A stretch of 63,603 nt of DNA, counting the filler, from Reticulomyxa filosa (Eukaryota > Protista > Foraminifera): the NCBI GenBank assembly GCA_000512085.1. It is 20 parts of 20 records of this genome, joined end to end, with 100 filler letters (N's around TTAATTAATTAA, not from the genome) between each part and the next. Parts side by side here need not be neighbours in the genome. Positions count along the whole stretch, not along the records: positions 45,704 to 55,162 come from ASPP01006063.1; positions 55,263 to 59,908 come from ASPP01010548.1; positions 60,009 to 61,229 come from ASPP01002932.1; positions 61,330 to 62,329 come from ASPP01050487.1; positions 62,430 to 63,603 come from ASPP01027675.1; 15 more parts are not named here. One strand, 5' to 3'. Under the pieces are notes generated by a model that made no database searches, was not told the origin of the DNA, and worked only from the letters and a program-made list of their open reading frames with translations. Positions 51,701 through 63,603 of this stretch are shown here, piece by piece (positions within the stretch are counted from its first letter, which is position 1; the number at the start of each line of letters is the position of its first letter). Made by a program: the position numbers and the translations under genes.

Positions 51701-54700
51701 AAAGGGAACGATGTGAAGCTCAAGGGCCACGCGGAGCTGATTCAACCTTCGAAATTTCACTATCACTCGTTGCGGACCATTAATCGTCTCAATGAAGACC
51801 AGATTTACAAGCAAAATCTATCTCTGGACAGCATTGTGATCAAGGGCATTACGTCCAATCTGGCCGCAGCGCTCAAAGACGTCGCACAGAGATTCACAAG
51901 TAATTGGTATGATAACTGCTGTGATTACTTATTTCCAAAGCCCACGACGAATGTGTCCGTCACAAAGATTGCCGAAGCGACCGACGAAAAGAACGTAGCC
52001 ACAAAACATACATACGAAAGTGAACTCCACGTTGTCCATCACGAAAAAGGCGTGACAGATGAGGCCACGTCCTCAACCACGACCAGGTCACAGACACATT
52101 ATTCCGAACTCCCAAACACCGAACACCGCCAACAAAGGACAGAGCTGTTTTTAAATGTCGACTTGAATCGCATGGAAATCTACGTCCACGACGAAAACTA
52201 CGAACAATATCCCGCCATCTTTCGCATGGGATTCACCGACTTGCATGTCCGCAGTCACTCCAATCAACCCAATCAACGCACTATCGAAGCAACCATGTTG
52301 TGGCATGGCAGCAAATTCGATGAAAAAAACAATAATCCTTCTCCATTGGTATGTCCGTGGCAGTGCAGTATTCATGTCGCACAAGGAATCGATCCAGAAC
52401 TGCAAGTCGACGTATGTGACATAAGAATTTATTTTGTATTGCCAAAAAAAAAAAATAGTATATATGTATATATGTATATATATATTTTTTTTTTTATTTA
52501 TAAAAAAATCAAAGGTTCAAAGCACTCATCCGATCGATGCTTTCGTGTCAGACATACTTGTTAGTCGCTTACTGTCCAATGTGGGACATTGGATAAGGGC
52601 TTTTAGCTCATCGAAGCAACACCATTCATCGAATGCTCCCAAAGACGATCACAGGGATGTTCCGAGCAGTCGAGGCGATCCCGAACAAAAAACGAGCGAA
52701 AAAGGGGCGATTCCAATTCACAAATCGCAACGACACAACGGACCTGCAATCGACGCCCTTCCTTTGAAAGGTCAAACGCGTCAACCATTGGTCAAATGCA
52801 AAGTGTCCTTTTTGGTTCCTCACTTCTCGCTGTACTTGGAAAGGCCCAGTCTAAACCTAACCATTGGCAAGATTGAGGCTCAGGCGTTTCATGTAATGTT
52901 CACGTCCGACACAGTCCAAGATACCGTGCAAATCAAGACCAAGTATATTGGCTTGCGTGACTATGTGCAACAAGCCGGGAAATCCTTTGAAATGTTGATG
53001 GAATCGACTCACAATATGCGAGATGAATTCTTTAGCGTTATTTTTTCTCAGTATAAGTTTAGCCTTTGTTATTAGTGTGTTGGTTTGAACCAAAACAAAC
53101 ACACACACACAAAAAAACGGTGTGAATTTTTTGGTGGCACATTTCCAAAAAGACAACCCGTCGGTAAAGAACCACGAAATGTGTTGGAATTCAAATTAGA
53201 TACACTGACTGTCAATTACAATGCCGAATGCATACTGCATTTGGTTATGTTTTTTAAATCAGTTCAAAAAATTACCAAATTGGCTGAAGAAAAGGTAACT
53301 GCACACACACAAACTTACAACACAAAAAAAAAAAAAAGATAATTCTATTAAAAATATATTGACATGATTTGTGTTGGGAACTGGACGAAAGGGATTCCAT
53401 TCAGGTCAACGTCAATCCACCGACTTGTCGCTATCACCAAAGACAAACAAAGTCGCAACTGAAAAGGACGACTCGGTGACATTGAAAGTACTGTACAAAT
53501 TCCAGCAACTAAACATTTGCTTAAACAAGCCTCATCGAATGCGACACGTGGTGCAATTCAGTTTGGCCGAAACCAATATTAGCTATTGTTTGTTCGGCGA
53601 TCATTCGCATACGTTGGAAGGGGAGATTGGCAATCTAACAGCGCTCGACTTGACGAACGAAGGCAAGGATGTATCTCCATTTAGCGTGCGCAATCCAACA
53701 ATTTTGGGATTGGCCGACACCTCAAACGATTCCAATAGTGTAGTCGTGGACAATGGCAGTCGAAGCAACGACCATCACAGCAGTCATAACAAGGTCCTAC
53801 TCAAATTCAGTTACATTGTGTCATTGTTCGATACCACCAATTGTCGCTACCAAACGCAATTGCAAGCATCGATTTCCTCTGTCAAGTTCGTGTATCATAA
53901 TCTATTGGTAATGGAAATAATGGATTACGTGCAATCAGGCGTGGTCGGCCTGTTTGCCATTTCGTCGAAGGCGGACGACTCCAACGAAAAGGAAGTCAAG
54001 CATCTGTGGAGTCCAACGCCAGCATTGAAAGCCGACGAAAAAAAATACGATTTCGATTTGCCGGATCCCAATGATTCAGAGCCACTCAGATCTGTCCTCG
54101 AGCACGCTGACTCTCCGGACATGGACACGGCGATCAGATATTCGATCACGATCAACAAACCGGTAATTACATTTCCGTTCCATCGCACAAGTGAAAACAG
54201 TATCGACTTGGACTTGGGCTCGATTTATATTACCAACCAAGTGCGAATGGACACAAAGGAGTCGAAAAGAAAGCCTAACTCGGAGAGCGCGTTATCAGAG
54301 GAAAAGACAAAAGACAACGATAACAACGACAATAACGACAATGACAATGGCAATGAAGTCGGTATTTTCGTCGAAGACATTTGCATACAGATGGAGCACG
54401 TTCAATTGAGTGGGGGACAAAGTCGCCAAGTCCAAATGCTAGAGATGTCGATCCACACGATGGTGACGAGGGGCTTGTCGTACAACAAGGTATTGGAGCC
54501 CAACTATCAAGTAATAACCAAAATCGACGAGTTCCGCGTTTGTCTGTCTCAGCAGCATTGCAAAGATATCATGACCACGGTGTTTGGCAACTTTTCAACC
54601 GAAAGCGAGGTGTTTAAATCGCGGACGATTTCCTCGACGCATTTGGAGGGAATGAAATCGTTTCAGACCATTGAGGCCAAGAACTTTGCTTCGCTGACCA

Positions 54701-55125
54701 AAGACTCTGGACGTGACGCGTTAGAAGACACTGTTGATCAAATCAACGCGATGATTCAGGCACGAAGTAAAAAGCAAGTTCAAAAGTACGAAAACGAAAT
54801 CAAAAGCGATCGAAGAGGAGGACAGTCGCAGGACCATGACTCGCAGCAATTAACGGATAAGCCACTGACAATGATTGGACAATGGACCAAAGAACAAGCG
54901 CTTCAAATCAAACGCCTCAAAGAATTAGAGCATGCCACGCATCTCTTGTCCGTTGCACCTGTCAACGTATTTTTAAATGAGGAAATCCAAAAGGAGTTTC
55001 GAATGCATCACATCACCGTCCAAGAGCTAATGTACATTCGCGTAAAGTATCAGCGTATTTTGTGGAACATGGATATTGATTGCGACAATCAAATCAAACA
55101 GGCCCAGTCCAATATTCCAAGTTTG
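45761..55125 (+). CDS. VPS13: VPS13-family bridge-like lipid transfer protein, internal portion
   Basis: RP...ARGWWRYTAQC..YLELYKRK..LEELKEMEY..IFRSIAMAEL (VPS13 N-terminal region); repeated GNL..DL, VKFV..EM..Y and P....DLG.v.ItN modules; in-frame introns such as 46619-46692; a 1-bp frameshift at about 51013. Confidence 0.85.
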
Positions 55126-55371
55126 CCTCTTTTTATTTATTTATTTTTTTTTTTTTTTTTTTNNNNNNNNNNNNNNNNNNNNNNNNNNNNNNNNNNNNNN
55201 NNNNNNTTAATTAATTAANNNNNNNNNNNNNNNNNNNNNNNNNNNNNNNNNNNNNNNNNNNNTTTTTTTTTTTTGTATTGTACATACATCCGTTTTACGT
55301 ATACGTACATCCAAAATTGAAAAATGATAATGTATATCTTTTTTTTTTTTATTAATAAAAAAAAAAAAAAG

Positions 55372-56324
55372 GTAACATCATAATAGTGACATGGTGAAAC
55401 AGTCGTTAGCGTGTGATTATTTAGGAAAAGTGATCAGCACTTGGTTTTCATTTTTACCAGACGTAGATGAAGTACTTGGATTGCTGTTGGATTTGAAAAT
55501 TAGCGAATTCCAATTATTATCACGGTCAGCCGCAAAAACGCTATATCAAGCTGGGTGTTCCATTCCGCAGTCGTTTGTCAAATGCATGGGCAAACAAGCT
55601 TTGACCATTACCAAAAGAAATCGACACACACAAGCGTTAGCGACTCTTATCAACTTGGTTGATAAAAGTCCTACTGTCTTGTACAAGCATTTGCCACGTT
55701 TGTTTTGATGTCTCTCTCTCTTTGCTCTTGCAAACAAATTGAAATGTAACGTATATCATAAAAATATATGTACAATCTATAGTGACCGTCGCTACACTCA
55801 TCCGGTGCTTGGATCCTTCTGCTCCCCGTCGCCGAAAGGAATTGCTCCAGGCCATTACGACCTCATTGCATACACTAGTCCAAAAGTACCCAAATGTTGC
55901 GTTCCATCAAGGGACGCAACACTTTGCGTTAGGCACTGGGCAAAGCCGGGAAAATGCCATTTTAATTTATGATTTAAGGACCACAACAAGATGGAGGAGC
56001 TTGAAAGGACACACTGGCGCTGTCACTGCTATTGAGTTTAACAAAACGGGGGAATACTTAGTGAGCTACAGTCCATTTGAAAACCCACCGACATTAAGGT
56101 GTTGGTATATCGGTACTGGCGGCTTCATAAATAATTTGCTCAATTTCAGCTCGGGTAGTGGGAAATGTGTCAAAGTTTGTGTCATGGCTCCCATTCCAGC
56201 CAATACACCTGTTGACCATTTAGGCAACACTTTTATTGCATGGAATGCTCACCGAGAAGGAGCTGTTAAACTACAGAGGGAGGATAAGTCTGTCCTTTAC
56301 TTCACTGTGTTAAGCGGAAAATGA
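55372..56324 (+). CDS. WDR7: WDR7/WDR72 (rabconnectin-3 beta)-like protein, C-terminal exons
   Basis: IRCLDP...R..LVQKYPNVAFH..TQHFALGT..IYDLRT..LKGHTGAVTAIEF..YLVSYS; intron at about 55698-55781; TGA at 56322-56324. Confidence 0.7.
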
Positions 56325-56810
56325 TATTGTGTTTTTTTTGTTTTTGTTTTTTTTCCTCATTTTCATCATCAAATTTTATTCACTTATTTGTCTCATTTAC
56401 ATAATCAGTCTTCAAAAGTTGTAAGACGAGTTTATTTGTTTTTGATTTCGAGAAATGTTAATACACCCAAAACATTCGAAATTTATTCGGACTTTTTCTA
56501 GATCTGTCTTTTTGTAGAGCACTCTATTGTTTTGGGTATTCAAACAAAAATTATGAAAATTATACGATGGTAGTATTTTTTTTCCGTTTGAAGTCAAATC
56601 ACAAACAGCTAAAATATTAAAAACAAACGTCAAAACACAATCTAATGACATAGAAATAAAGCTTGCTCTTAAAAATGAAAATATTTTATGTTTGTTGCAA
56701 AGGGAGCAAAATCGGTTCAATTCGCTATACACAAAAACTTGTATTCATATTTGATATTTTTTAAAAAAAAATGATAGATTATATGGAATGTAATTGTATT
56801 GATGCAAATT

Positions 56811-59159
56811 TCATAACAGCCCCCATATCCGAACTGTTGTATCCCAAGAAGATGACAAAATCATATTGCCATCAGATGAAACAGCCAATCCTGTTACAGA
56901 ATTGGAATGTCCTTCTAATTTTTGTATTTCCAATTCTGCTTTTACGTCCCATAACCGGATTGTGTGATCAGCCGAACATGATGCTAGAGTCTGACCATCT
57001 GGAAAGAAAAGTACATCTTTTATTTCGTCAGAATGTCCTGTTAACCTCTTAATTTCTTTTCCTGACATAACATCCCATATTCGAATTGTTCTATCCCATG
57101 AGCAGGATACAATAGATAAACCATCTGGAGAAAATTGTACTTTTGTTACACTACCAGCATGTCCTTCCAAAGTATTTAATCTTCCACCTGTCTTCACATC
57201 CCAAATTCCAATTGTTTCATCTATCGATGCAGATACAATTTTTTGACCATCTGATGAGAATTGTACATCATTTACTGCTTTCATATGTCCTTCTATTCTT
57301 TCTAGTTCTTGTCCAGATGCTACATCCCATATTCGAATTGTCATATCATCGGAACAGGACACAATAGTCTTTCCATCTGGTGCAAATTTGGCTCTTTTTA
57401 CAGTACCAATGTGTCCCACCAATTTTCTTATTTCTGTCCATGATCCTACATCACACAGTTCAATTGTTGTGTTATCTGAACCTGATACAATCATAGTCCC
57501 ATCTGGTGAAAATTGTGCATCGTTAATCCAATGTGAGTGTTGTTCCAACACTTGTATTACCTTTTCCATATGTATATCCCATATCCGGACAGTCCCATCA
57601 TCTGAGCATGAAGCAATTTTGGTACCATCAGGTGAAAATTGTGCATTGTTTACAAAACCAGAATGTCCTTCAAGGGTTCTTGATGGTTTGAAATATTTCA
57701 ACTTTTTTTTTGTTTCGCCAACATAATCATTATTTCGGATGAAATAAAAAAAAAAAACAAACTTAAACAAATAAATATAAATACCATTATATATCGTGAA
57801 ATGATTGCATTAAAATCGTTTATCCATCCCACTTCAATAGACAATGTGCGAATCCAATGTTCGACCGTCATTTCAATCTCTTTTTTTCTCTTTTTTTTTT
57901 TTTTTTTGGGGGGGGGGGGGGGAAAAAAAAAAGACAAATTCAAACAAAACAGATAATTAAATTAATAGCAAAACTTTTAATTTATTTAGATCTAATTCAT
58001 TTTCCATTCTATCCAACTCTGTTTTGATTTGTTCAATTTCTATTTTTTCTTTTTCTTCCATCATCCATTGCTTGTCTATTTTTGTTCCTTCTTTGTCATT
58101 CATCCATTCACTTACTTTTGTTTTTAGATGTATTGTCTTTGAATCATCTTTTCTCCCAATAATGTGCACATACGTGTTGTCTCCATTCAATACTGCAACA
58201 CAATTGCTTAACATAAAAGGTAAAGTTTGCTTATATTTTATCCATTTATTTTCGGTCATGGAATACTTATACACATTTTTGGAAGGAATATTGTGATAAT
58301 ATTCTTCTCCACCAAAAAATAGAATGGAGTCGTTGATAACAACATAGGTATAAGCTGAGATCTGTCTAATACTTGTACAAACCCGTACATTATGAAATTG
58401 AAATATATTGTTGTTTTCATCATATTCAATTACTAGTCCAGTATCTGCATAAAATAACATCATTGTGTGTATTTTCTTATTTTCATCTGTCTGCGCTATC
58501 GATAAGTCATTCTCTTTCTTTGCCACAAAGCAATGTGAACTGATTGAATCATCAATTGGTAAGGTATGACATTTAATATGTTGAAATGTGTTCAAATCGA
58601 ACACAGAAATATTATTTGGGAAATAAGTAATAAATAATAAATTGTTATCGCTACCACTAATTATTGCACGCACTCCATTATATCCATCTTCATCATTGCC
58701 AATATTAATTGGAATATTATCATCGTCTGTTAAAATCATCCATTTATTACAGTGATTGCTATTTCTAATTAGAATTCCATTTTCTTCATTATTGTCATTC
58801 CAAACGCTTATATATTTCATTATAAATATGTGTTTTCGTTCACCTTCCTTTTGTCCACCAAAAGATAACAATGTGATTTCATTTGTTTTTTTATTATTCT
58901 TATTCACAAGCTTTATAACAGAGTGTCCAAACAAATTAATCTTTTTTGGATATGAGCAGATGTATTTGTACTGGTTTTTAATAGTGTGGTAAGAATAACA
59001 AGACTTCTCTTTGTCATCTCCACAAATGATTATTTCGTGGTTGTGTACCACACATTCAATATGTAGAAATATGCTTGGCAAAGAGGCTAAAGTTTCAAAA
59101 GGAGAGCCAATGCTTATGCTCGTGGTCTCTTCTACTTTGATATCATTTCTCTCCATCAT
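56811..59159 (-). CDS. Kelch-like propeller plus linker plus 7x WD40 protein (3 exons, apparently complete)
   Basis: Exons 59159-57975, 57889-57785 (EIEMTVEHWIRTLSIEVGWINDF) and 57701-56811 (GH..FSPDG..IVSCSDD.TIRIWD repeats). Confidence 0.85.
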
Positions 59160-59339
59160 AAAGTGACTGAAAAAATAATTATGATAGTTTTTTTTGAAAA
59201 ACGGACTTAAATCCCTGCAACACATTTGTTGCCCAAATAACGGTAACTTTTAAGAAAGAAAAAAATCACTTTTTAACTAAAAACAAAAATCAAATAATAA
59301 GGACTGTATTTTTTTTGTAAACTCATTTATTGTTTCTTT

Positions 59340-59835
59340 AGAAGATGATACAATCATATCCTGTCTGGTGAAGCATCCGTTTCAGTTACTTGATCAGAAT
59401 GCTCCTTAGTATTTAATAAATTCAAAACTAAATATTTGCAAATAAAATCTTGTGCACATTTAAAAAATTAGGTTCAAACGTTTGTTTTTCATGGAGAAAA
59501 TCAATCACATATAAGGTGGAATTTTAGGCCTTCGTTTTTTCTGCGACATACTGTGCTAATTTATCCTCGACATTATATTCTGCATAACAATCATTTTTCC
59601 ATCAGGTGAGAGCTAAGCACTTGAATAGTTTCTGTAAGTTCTTTCAATTTTTGTTTGTATCTTTTAAACACGATACAATCATAATTCCACCAGATATCTG
59701 TTTTTTATCGACTATTGAAAAAAATAGCAAATACATTATGCTAGAATATGGCATGTAATAATATTGCTAGAATCATCAACCCACTTTGATAGATAATACA
59801 CCAATCCAATGTTTGTAGCATAACAATATCTTTAG
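59340..59835 (-). pseudogene. Decayed WD40-family relic interrupted by the dispersed repeat
   Basis: HWIGVLSIKVG linker relic, S.SPDGKMIV and HSDQVT..DASPD..MIVSS relics; the repeat copy lies between them. Confidence 0.5.
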
Positions 59836-60101
59836 TTTTCTTGATCTGTTTATTGCTTTGTGCATTATTTTACAGTAAGATAAAAAAGAAAGTTGACACC
59901 TAAAATGCNNNNNNNNNNNNNNNNNNNNNNNNNNNNNNNNNNNNNNNNNNNNTTAATTAATTAANNNNNNNNNNNNNNNNNNNNNNNNNNNNNNNNNNNN
60001 NNNNNNNNCTTTCACTAAAAAATTTGCAACTGAACAAAAAAAAAAACAATATATTTATAAGCTTTGAAAATAAAAAATTAAAAACAAAAATTGATGTTCT
60101 A

Positions 60102-60345
60102 TTATCCGTTATTATTGTCATCGGTTCTTTTGTCAGTTTCAAGATACCTCTCTTGGATTATGTTGTGGTCTTGACGCACATTCAGCAGTCGCTGTAGCGT
60201 ATCCGCCACTGGTCGCAGTTGTGGTGCCATATTTTTCTTTTCGAGGATCCCTTTTTTCGTTAAATTTGCTTTGGAGGATCTTGAATTTAAAAACAATTGC
60301 AAACTTTGTCGACTTTCATCAAGTTGACTTCTTTCCACTGTTGGA
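60102..60345 (-). CDS. RPEL-repeat (G-actin-binding)-like exon
   Basis: SLQLFLNSRSSKANLTKKGIL..MAPQL..DTLQRLLNVRQDHNIIQERYL resembles two degenerate L..R....L...gIL RPEL units. Confidence 0.5.
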
Positions 60346-61567
60346 GAGTCCTTTTTTTTAATTGTATTTTTTTTGATAAGAGATCAGAGCTTCAGAAAAA
60401 AAAAAGATGTGTTTTTGATAGGTTATTGTATACGTTATTTTCCCCTTAGTGACCACTTTTTCATCATCTACGCAAAAAAAAATTATATTTATTAATTCAA
60501 TCCCCACCCTGGAATGTTCAGAAATTATAATTTTGTCTAAATGTTTTTGTTGCAATGGTAACAAGTCGCTTTTTTTTAGGTGCTACTTTTGTTGTGCTTT
60601 GTTTTTCAGAGCCCTTTTCTATAAGATAACGAATATTCTGGATAGTCAATGTATTAAAATATTAGATTTGAAATGAGTTTTTGCTTGTGTTTGGTCACAA
60701 TAAAGTGATAAAAAATACACAAAAACATGATCCTGCTAAATATGTTGAATGAAACAACAAAAAATTGATGTCCTCTCTTGAGTATGAAGATAAATGTACA
60801 ACGTCAACCTGAATGTTGCCAATGTCAGGAGAGACCACAATAGGCAACGCATTTGTTTAAGACGTGATACAGCACCGTTTTTTCGAATGGTGTTGTTGTT
60901 TTGAGTGTATTGGGTTTACACTGATTGTCTCTTTCTTTTTCGGCAACTGTTGCATTTTGCAGAGGAGAGCATTGGCGAAAGAACTCTCAAGAGCGAATCC
61001 CATATTGTAGAAGTTTGCGTTGTTAGGTTGTTTGAAGAGAAGAGCCAAAACTACAGTTGTAATGTCCAAGAGAGTTTTTCTAAAAAGGGAAAACTTTTAA
61101 TACAATAGAAAAATCGTCACTAAAGGAAAAATAATAAATCATTTCAAAAAAACAATTTTAATTTTCAATTTTCTGTAATTAATCCTTTTTTGGGATCAGA
61201 ACTGTAAAAATACAATAAAAAATTTTAATNNNNNNNNNNNNNNNNNNNNNNNNNNNNNNNNNNNNNNNNNNNNTTAATTAATTAANNNNNNNNNNNNNNN
61301 NNNNNNNNNNNNNNNNNNNNNNNNNNNNNAACCAAATCATTCTTTAAATAATTACATTGACAAATATTTCTTTTTTAAGTATTTCCACTTGTAATTTTTT
61401 TTGTTTAAAATAAATTTGTCACCACAATGCATTTAGATAAAAATTATAAACTAAATGTGTTCTTTTTAAAAAATACAAAACAATGGTATTTATTTAAAAA
61501 ACAGTAACAAACATTAATGTCCGGTAAATCCTCAAAAGGAACATATTTGATATAAGTTGAATGTGAA

Positions 61568-62329
61568 TTATCTCCATAATAAAATAGTTGAATTAGATGA
61601 TGATGACACAATTGTATTTCCGTCTGATGAAACATCTATTCCAGTTAGATGACTTTCAATTTTTTGAAATGTTTGTATTTCTTTTCCTGATTTTACATCC
61701 CACCACCTAATTGTTTTGTCATCTGAACATGATATAACACTTTGACCATCTGGGAAAAACTTTACATCCATTATTCTATTTGCATGTCCTTGCAAATTGT
61801 TTATTTGTATTTTCGAAATGACATCCCATAATCGAATTGTTTTATCATCTGAACAAGATACAATAAATTGACCATCTGGAGAAAAACTTGCTTTACACAC
61901 GGCATTGGAATGTCCTTTGAATGTGTAAACTCTTTTGCCAGATGTTATATCCCATATGACAATTGTTTTGTCGTCTGAACATGATATAATAAATTGTCCA
62001 TTTGGTGAAAATTGTAAATCATTTATCATGTTTCGGTGTCCTTTTATTGTTGTTATTTGTTCATCAGATTGTATATCCCATAAGCGTATTGTATTATCAG
62101 ATGGTGATGCAACAATAGTTTTACCATTTGGAGAAAATCTAACTCGGGAAATAAGTCCGAGCTCATCTTCAAATTTTTTAATCTCTTTTCCCGATTGTAC
62201 ATCCCATATTCTTATTGTTTCATCATCTGAACATGATACAACCATCTTATCATCTGGAGAAAATTCTACATCATTGACATCACCTGAATGTCCTTTCAAT
62301 ACTCGTATTTGTATCCCCATTTTGATATC
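61568..62329 (-). CDS. WD40-repeat protein, C-terminal part (same family as 56811-57701)
   Basis: Six GH..FSPDG..SCSDDKTIRLWD repeats ending in TAA. Confidence 0.9.
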   Translation of the reverse strand, partial: DIKMGIQIRVLKGHSGDVNDVEFSPDDKMVVSCSDDETIRIWDVQSGKEIKKFEDELGLISRVRFSPNGKTIVASPSDNTIRLWDIQSDEQITTIKGHRNMINDLQFSPNGQFIISCSDDKTIVIWDITSGKRVYTFKGHSNAVCKASFSPDGQFIVSCSDDKTIRLWDVISKIQINNLQGHANRIMDVKFFPDGQSVISCSDDKTIRWWDVKSGKEIQTFQKIESHLTGIDVSSDGNTIVSSSSNSTILLWR

Positions 62330-63121
62330 NNNNNNNNNNNNNNNNNNNNNNNNNNNNNNNNNNNNNNNNNNNNTTAATTAATTAANNNNNNNNNNNNNNN
62401 NNNNNNNNNNNNNNNNNNNNNNNNNNNNNAAATTATATATATTGTTTCATTTTTGTAAATATACATTTCAATATCCTATATATTAATATAGTTATTATAA
62501 AAAAATACTTACTGTTTTTTTTTGTCTGTCTTGTTGCAAAGTTTATTAATCTTTTTTGGTTTGTTTCGCACTGAAGATTTTATTGTTTTCGAAAACAATG
62601 ATCAGTCACTGCTTTGTACTAATTTGGTATGTATATTCTATTAAGAAGTCCAAAAAATAACCCAACTAATAAAACAAAAATAATTTATCTAGCGGATAAT
62701 TGTGCTTATTAGCTGTTAACTGATGATCTAAAGAAAAAGAAAAATGTAACAATTTCACAGTTTAAATAAATTTATAAATATTGTTGCTTTTAAAATGCTT
62801 GTTTCTATTGGAAAAAAAAGATAAATAAGCTATGCACAAGTTTAGTAAAATTAAAGTTAAAACACGTGTTGCTATTCACTCGGATGGAAATCTAACAAGC
62901 GTCTTAATAATGTTGACAGATAAATTGTAAACTGTAATGTGACTTGATCAGCTAAAGCACTGTACACAAAACTGGCTGTTTTTAGTTGCCTTTAGTGTGC
63001 TGTTGCTATTTTTGATGAACTAGTGTTATTTCTTCAATTGTGTGTTTTCTTTCGGCAGGTGAAATGCTTATCTCGACGAGCGGTTTCAAAACACGCTTGG
63101 ACAAAGGAGCACAAGAAAAAA

Positions 63122-63603
63122 ATGCCTGATTCAGTATCTAATGTCGAACGCAAAGATATTTGCCAAGTTATTTGGTCCACGACAAAATCAATTTTATTTA
63201 ATCATCTTCTATTGATTGGGTTGGTATTAGTGGTGATATTAGGCGCAACAGTGCCTTCCATAGGTCACAAAGGAGGCCCGTTGAAACCTGAAATAACAAC
63301 AAGCTGGTTATGTGTGATAGTGATATTTTTTAATAGTGGCCTGAATGTAAAGACTCAAGAGCTTGCTCATGCGGCCTTGTATTGGAGATTGAACATATTT
63401 GTTCATTTTTTTGTATTTGTTTGGTACCCTGCGATAGGATTTGCCTTGGTCAGTATTTTGAAAGCAACGACAACGATATCGGTTGCAATGTTAAATGGCT
63501 TGTTAGTGACAACATGTTTGCCGACAACCATTAGCAGTGCTGTGGTGCTGACAATGAACTGTGGTGGAAATGAAGCAGCAGCCATCATTAACACAGCATT
63601 AAC
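63122..63603 (+). CDS. SLC10A7: Sodium/bile-acid symporter family protein (SLC10A7-like), 3'-truncated by the window edge
   Basis: Open frame from ATG 63122: PSIGHKGGPLKPEIT..VIFFNSGL..WRLNIF..NGLLVTTCLPTTISSAVVLT..GGNEAAAIIN; absent from the ORF track because it has no stop. Confidence 0.85.
   Translation, partial: MPDSVSNVERKDICQVIWSTTKSILFNHLLLIGLVLVVILGATVPSIGHKGGPLKPEITTSWLCVIVIFFNSGLNVKTQELAHAALYWRLNIFVHFFVFVWYPAIGFALVSILKATTTISVAMLNGLLVTTCLPTTISSAVVLTMNCGGNEAAAIINTAL

Noticed and set aside
2862-62429. Regularly recurring TTAATTAATTAA flanked by Ns, superficially array-like
   Set aside because: It is an artificial six-frame-stop contig joiner, not a CRISPR or biological repeat. Gene neighbourhoods across it are meaningless.
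1-63603. Possible non-standard genetic code or stop-codon readthrough
   Set aside because: Long exons translate cleanly with the standard code and end at TAA or TGA in expected places (31068, 56322, 61568). Internal stops map to introns or pseudogenes.

Overview
This is eukaryotic, AT-rich, intron-containing genomic DNA. The window is a concatenation of about 20 unrelated short contigs joined by 100-bp artificial spacers (N44-TTAATTAATTAA-N44), so adjacency across spacers has no biological meaning. Gene families (an expanded WD40/Kelch family with an 'EI..IIQHW.R.L.I..GWI.DF' linker, XK-like membrane proteins, CAP-Gly relics, poly-Asn tracts) and 454-type artefacts suggest a foraminiferan such as Reticulomyxa filosa; this is an inference. 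Recognisable genes: a TraB-like protein, Kelch-WD40 proteins, two XK-like proteins, a Zn-finger/pseudo-Nudix protein, dynactin p150, PIH1D2-like, BTB/POZ, FYVE, VPS13, WDR7, RPEL and SLC10A7, plus several pseudogenes and a gypsy relic. The standout is a complete 10-exon gene (31068-34831, minus strand, about 882 aa). It encodes an N-myristoylation motif, a type-3 copper tyrosinase with its CxxC shielding domain, an MMP-type prodomain with a cysteine switch and an M10 matrixin zinc protease in one chain. It is a candidate self-activating prophenoloxidase system. A second window-wide signal is that many introns have U-rich 5' halves and A-tract 3' ends in place of a polypyrimidine tract. All family calls come from motif recognition by eye; no database searches were run.
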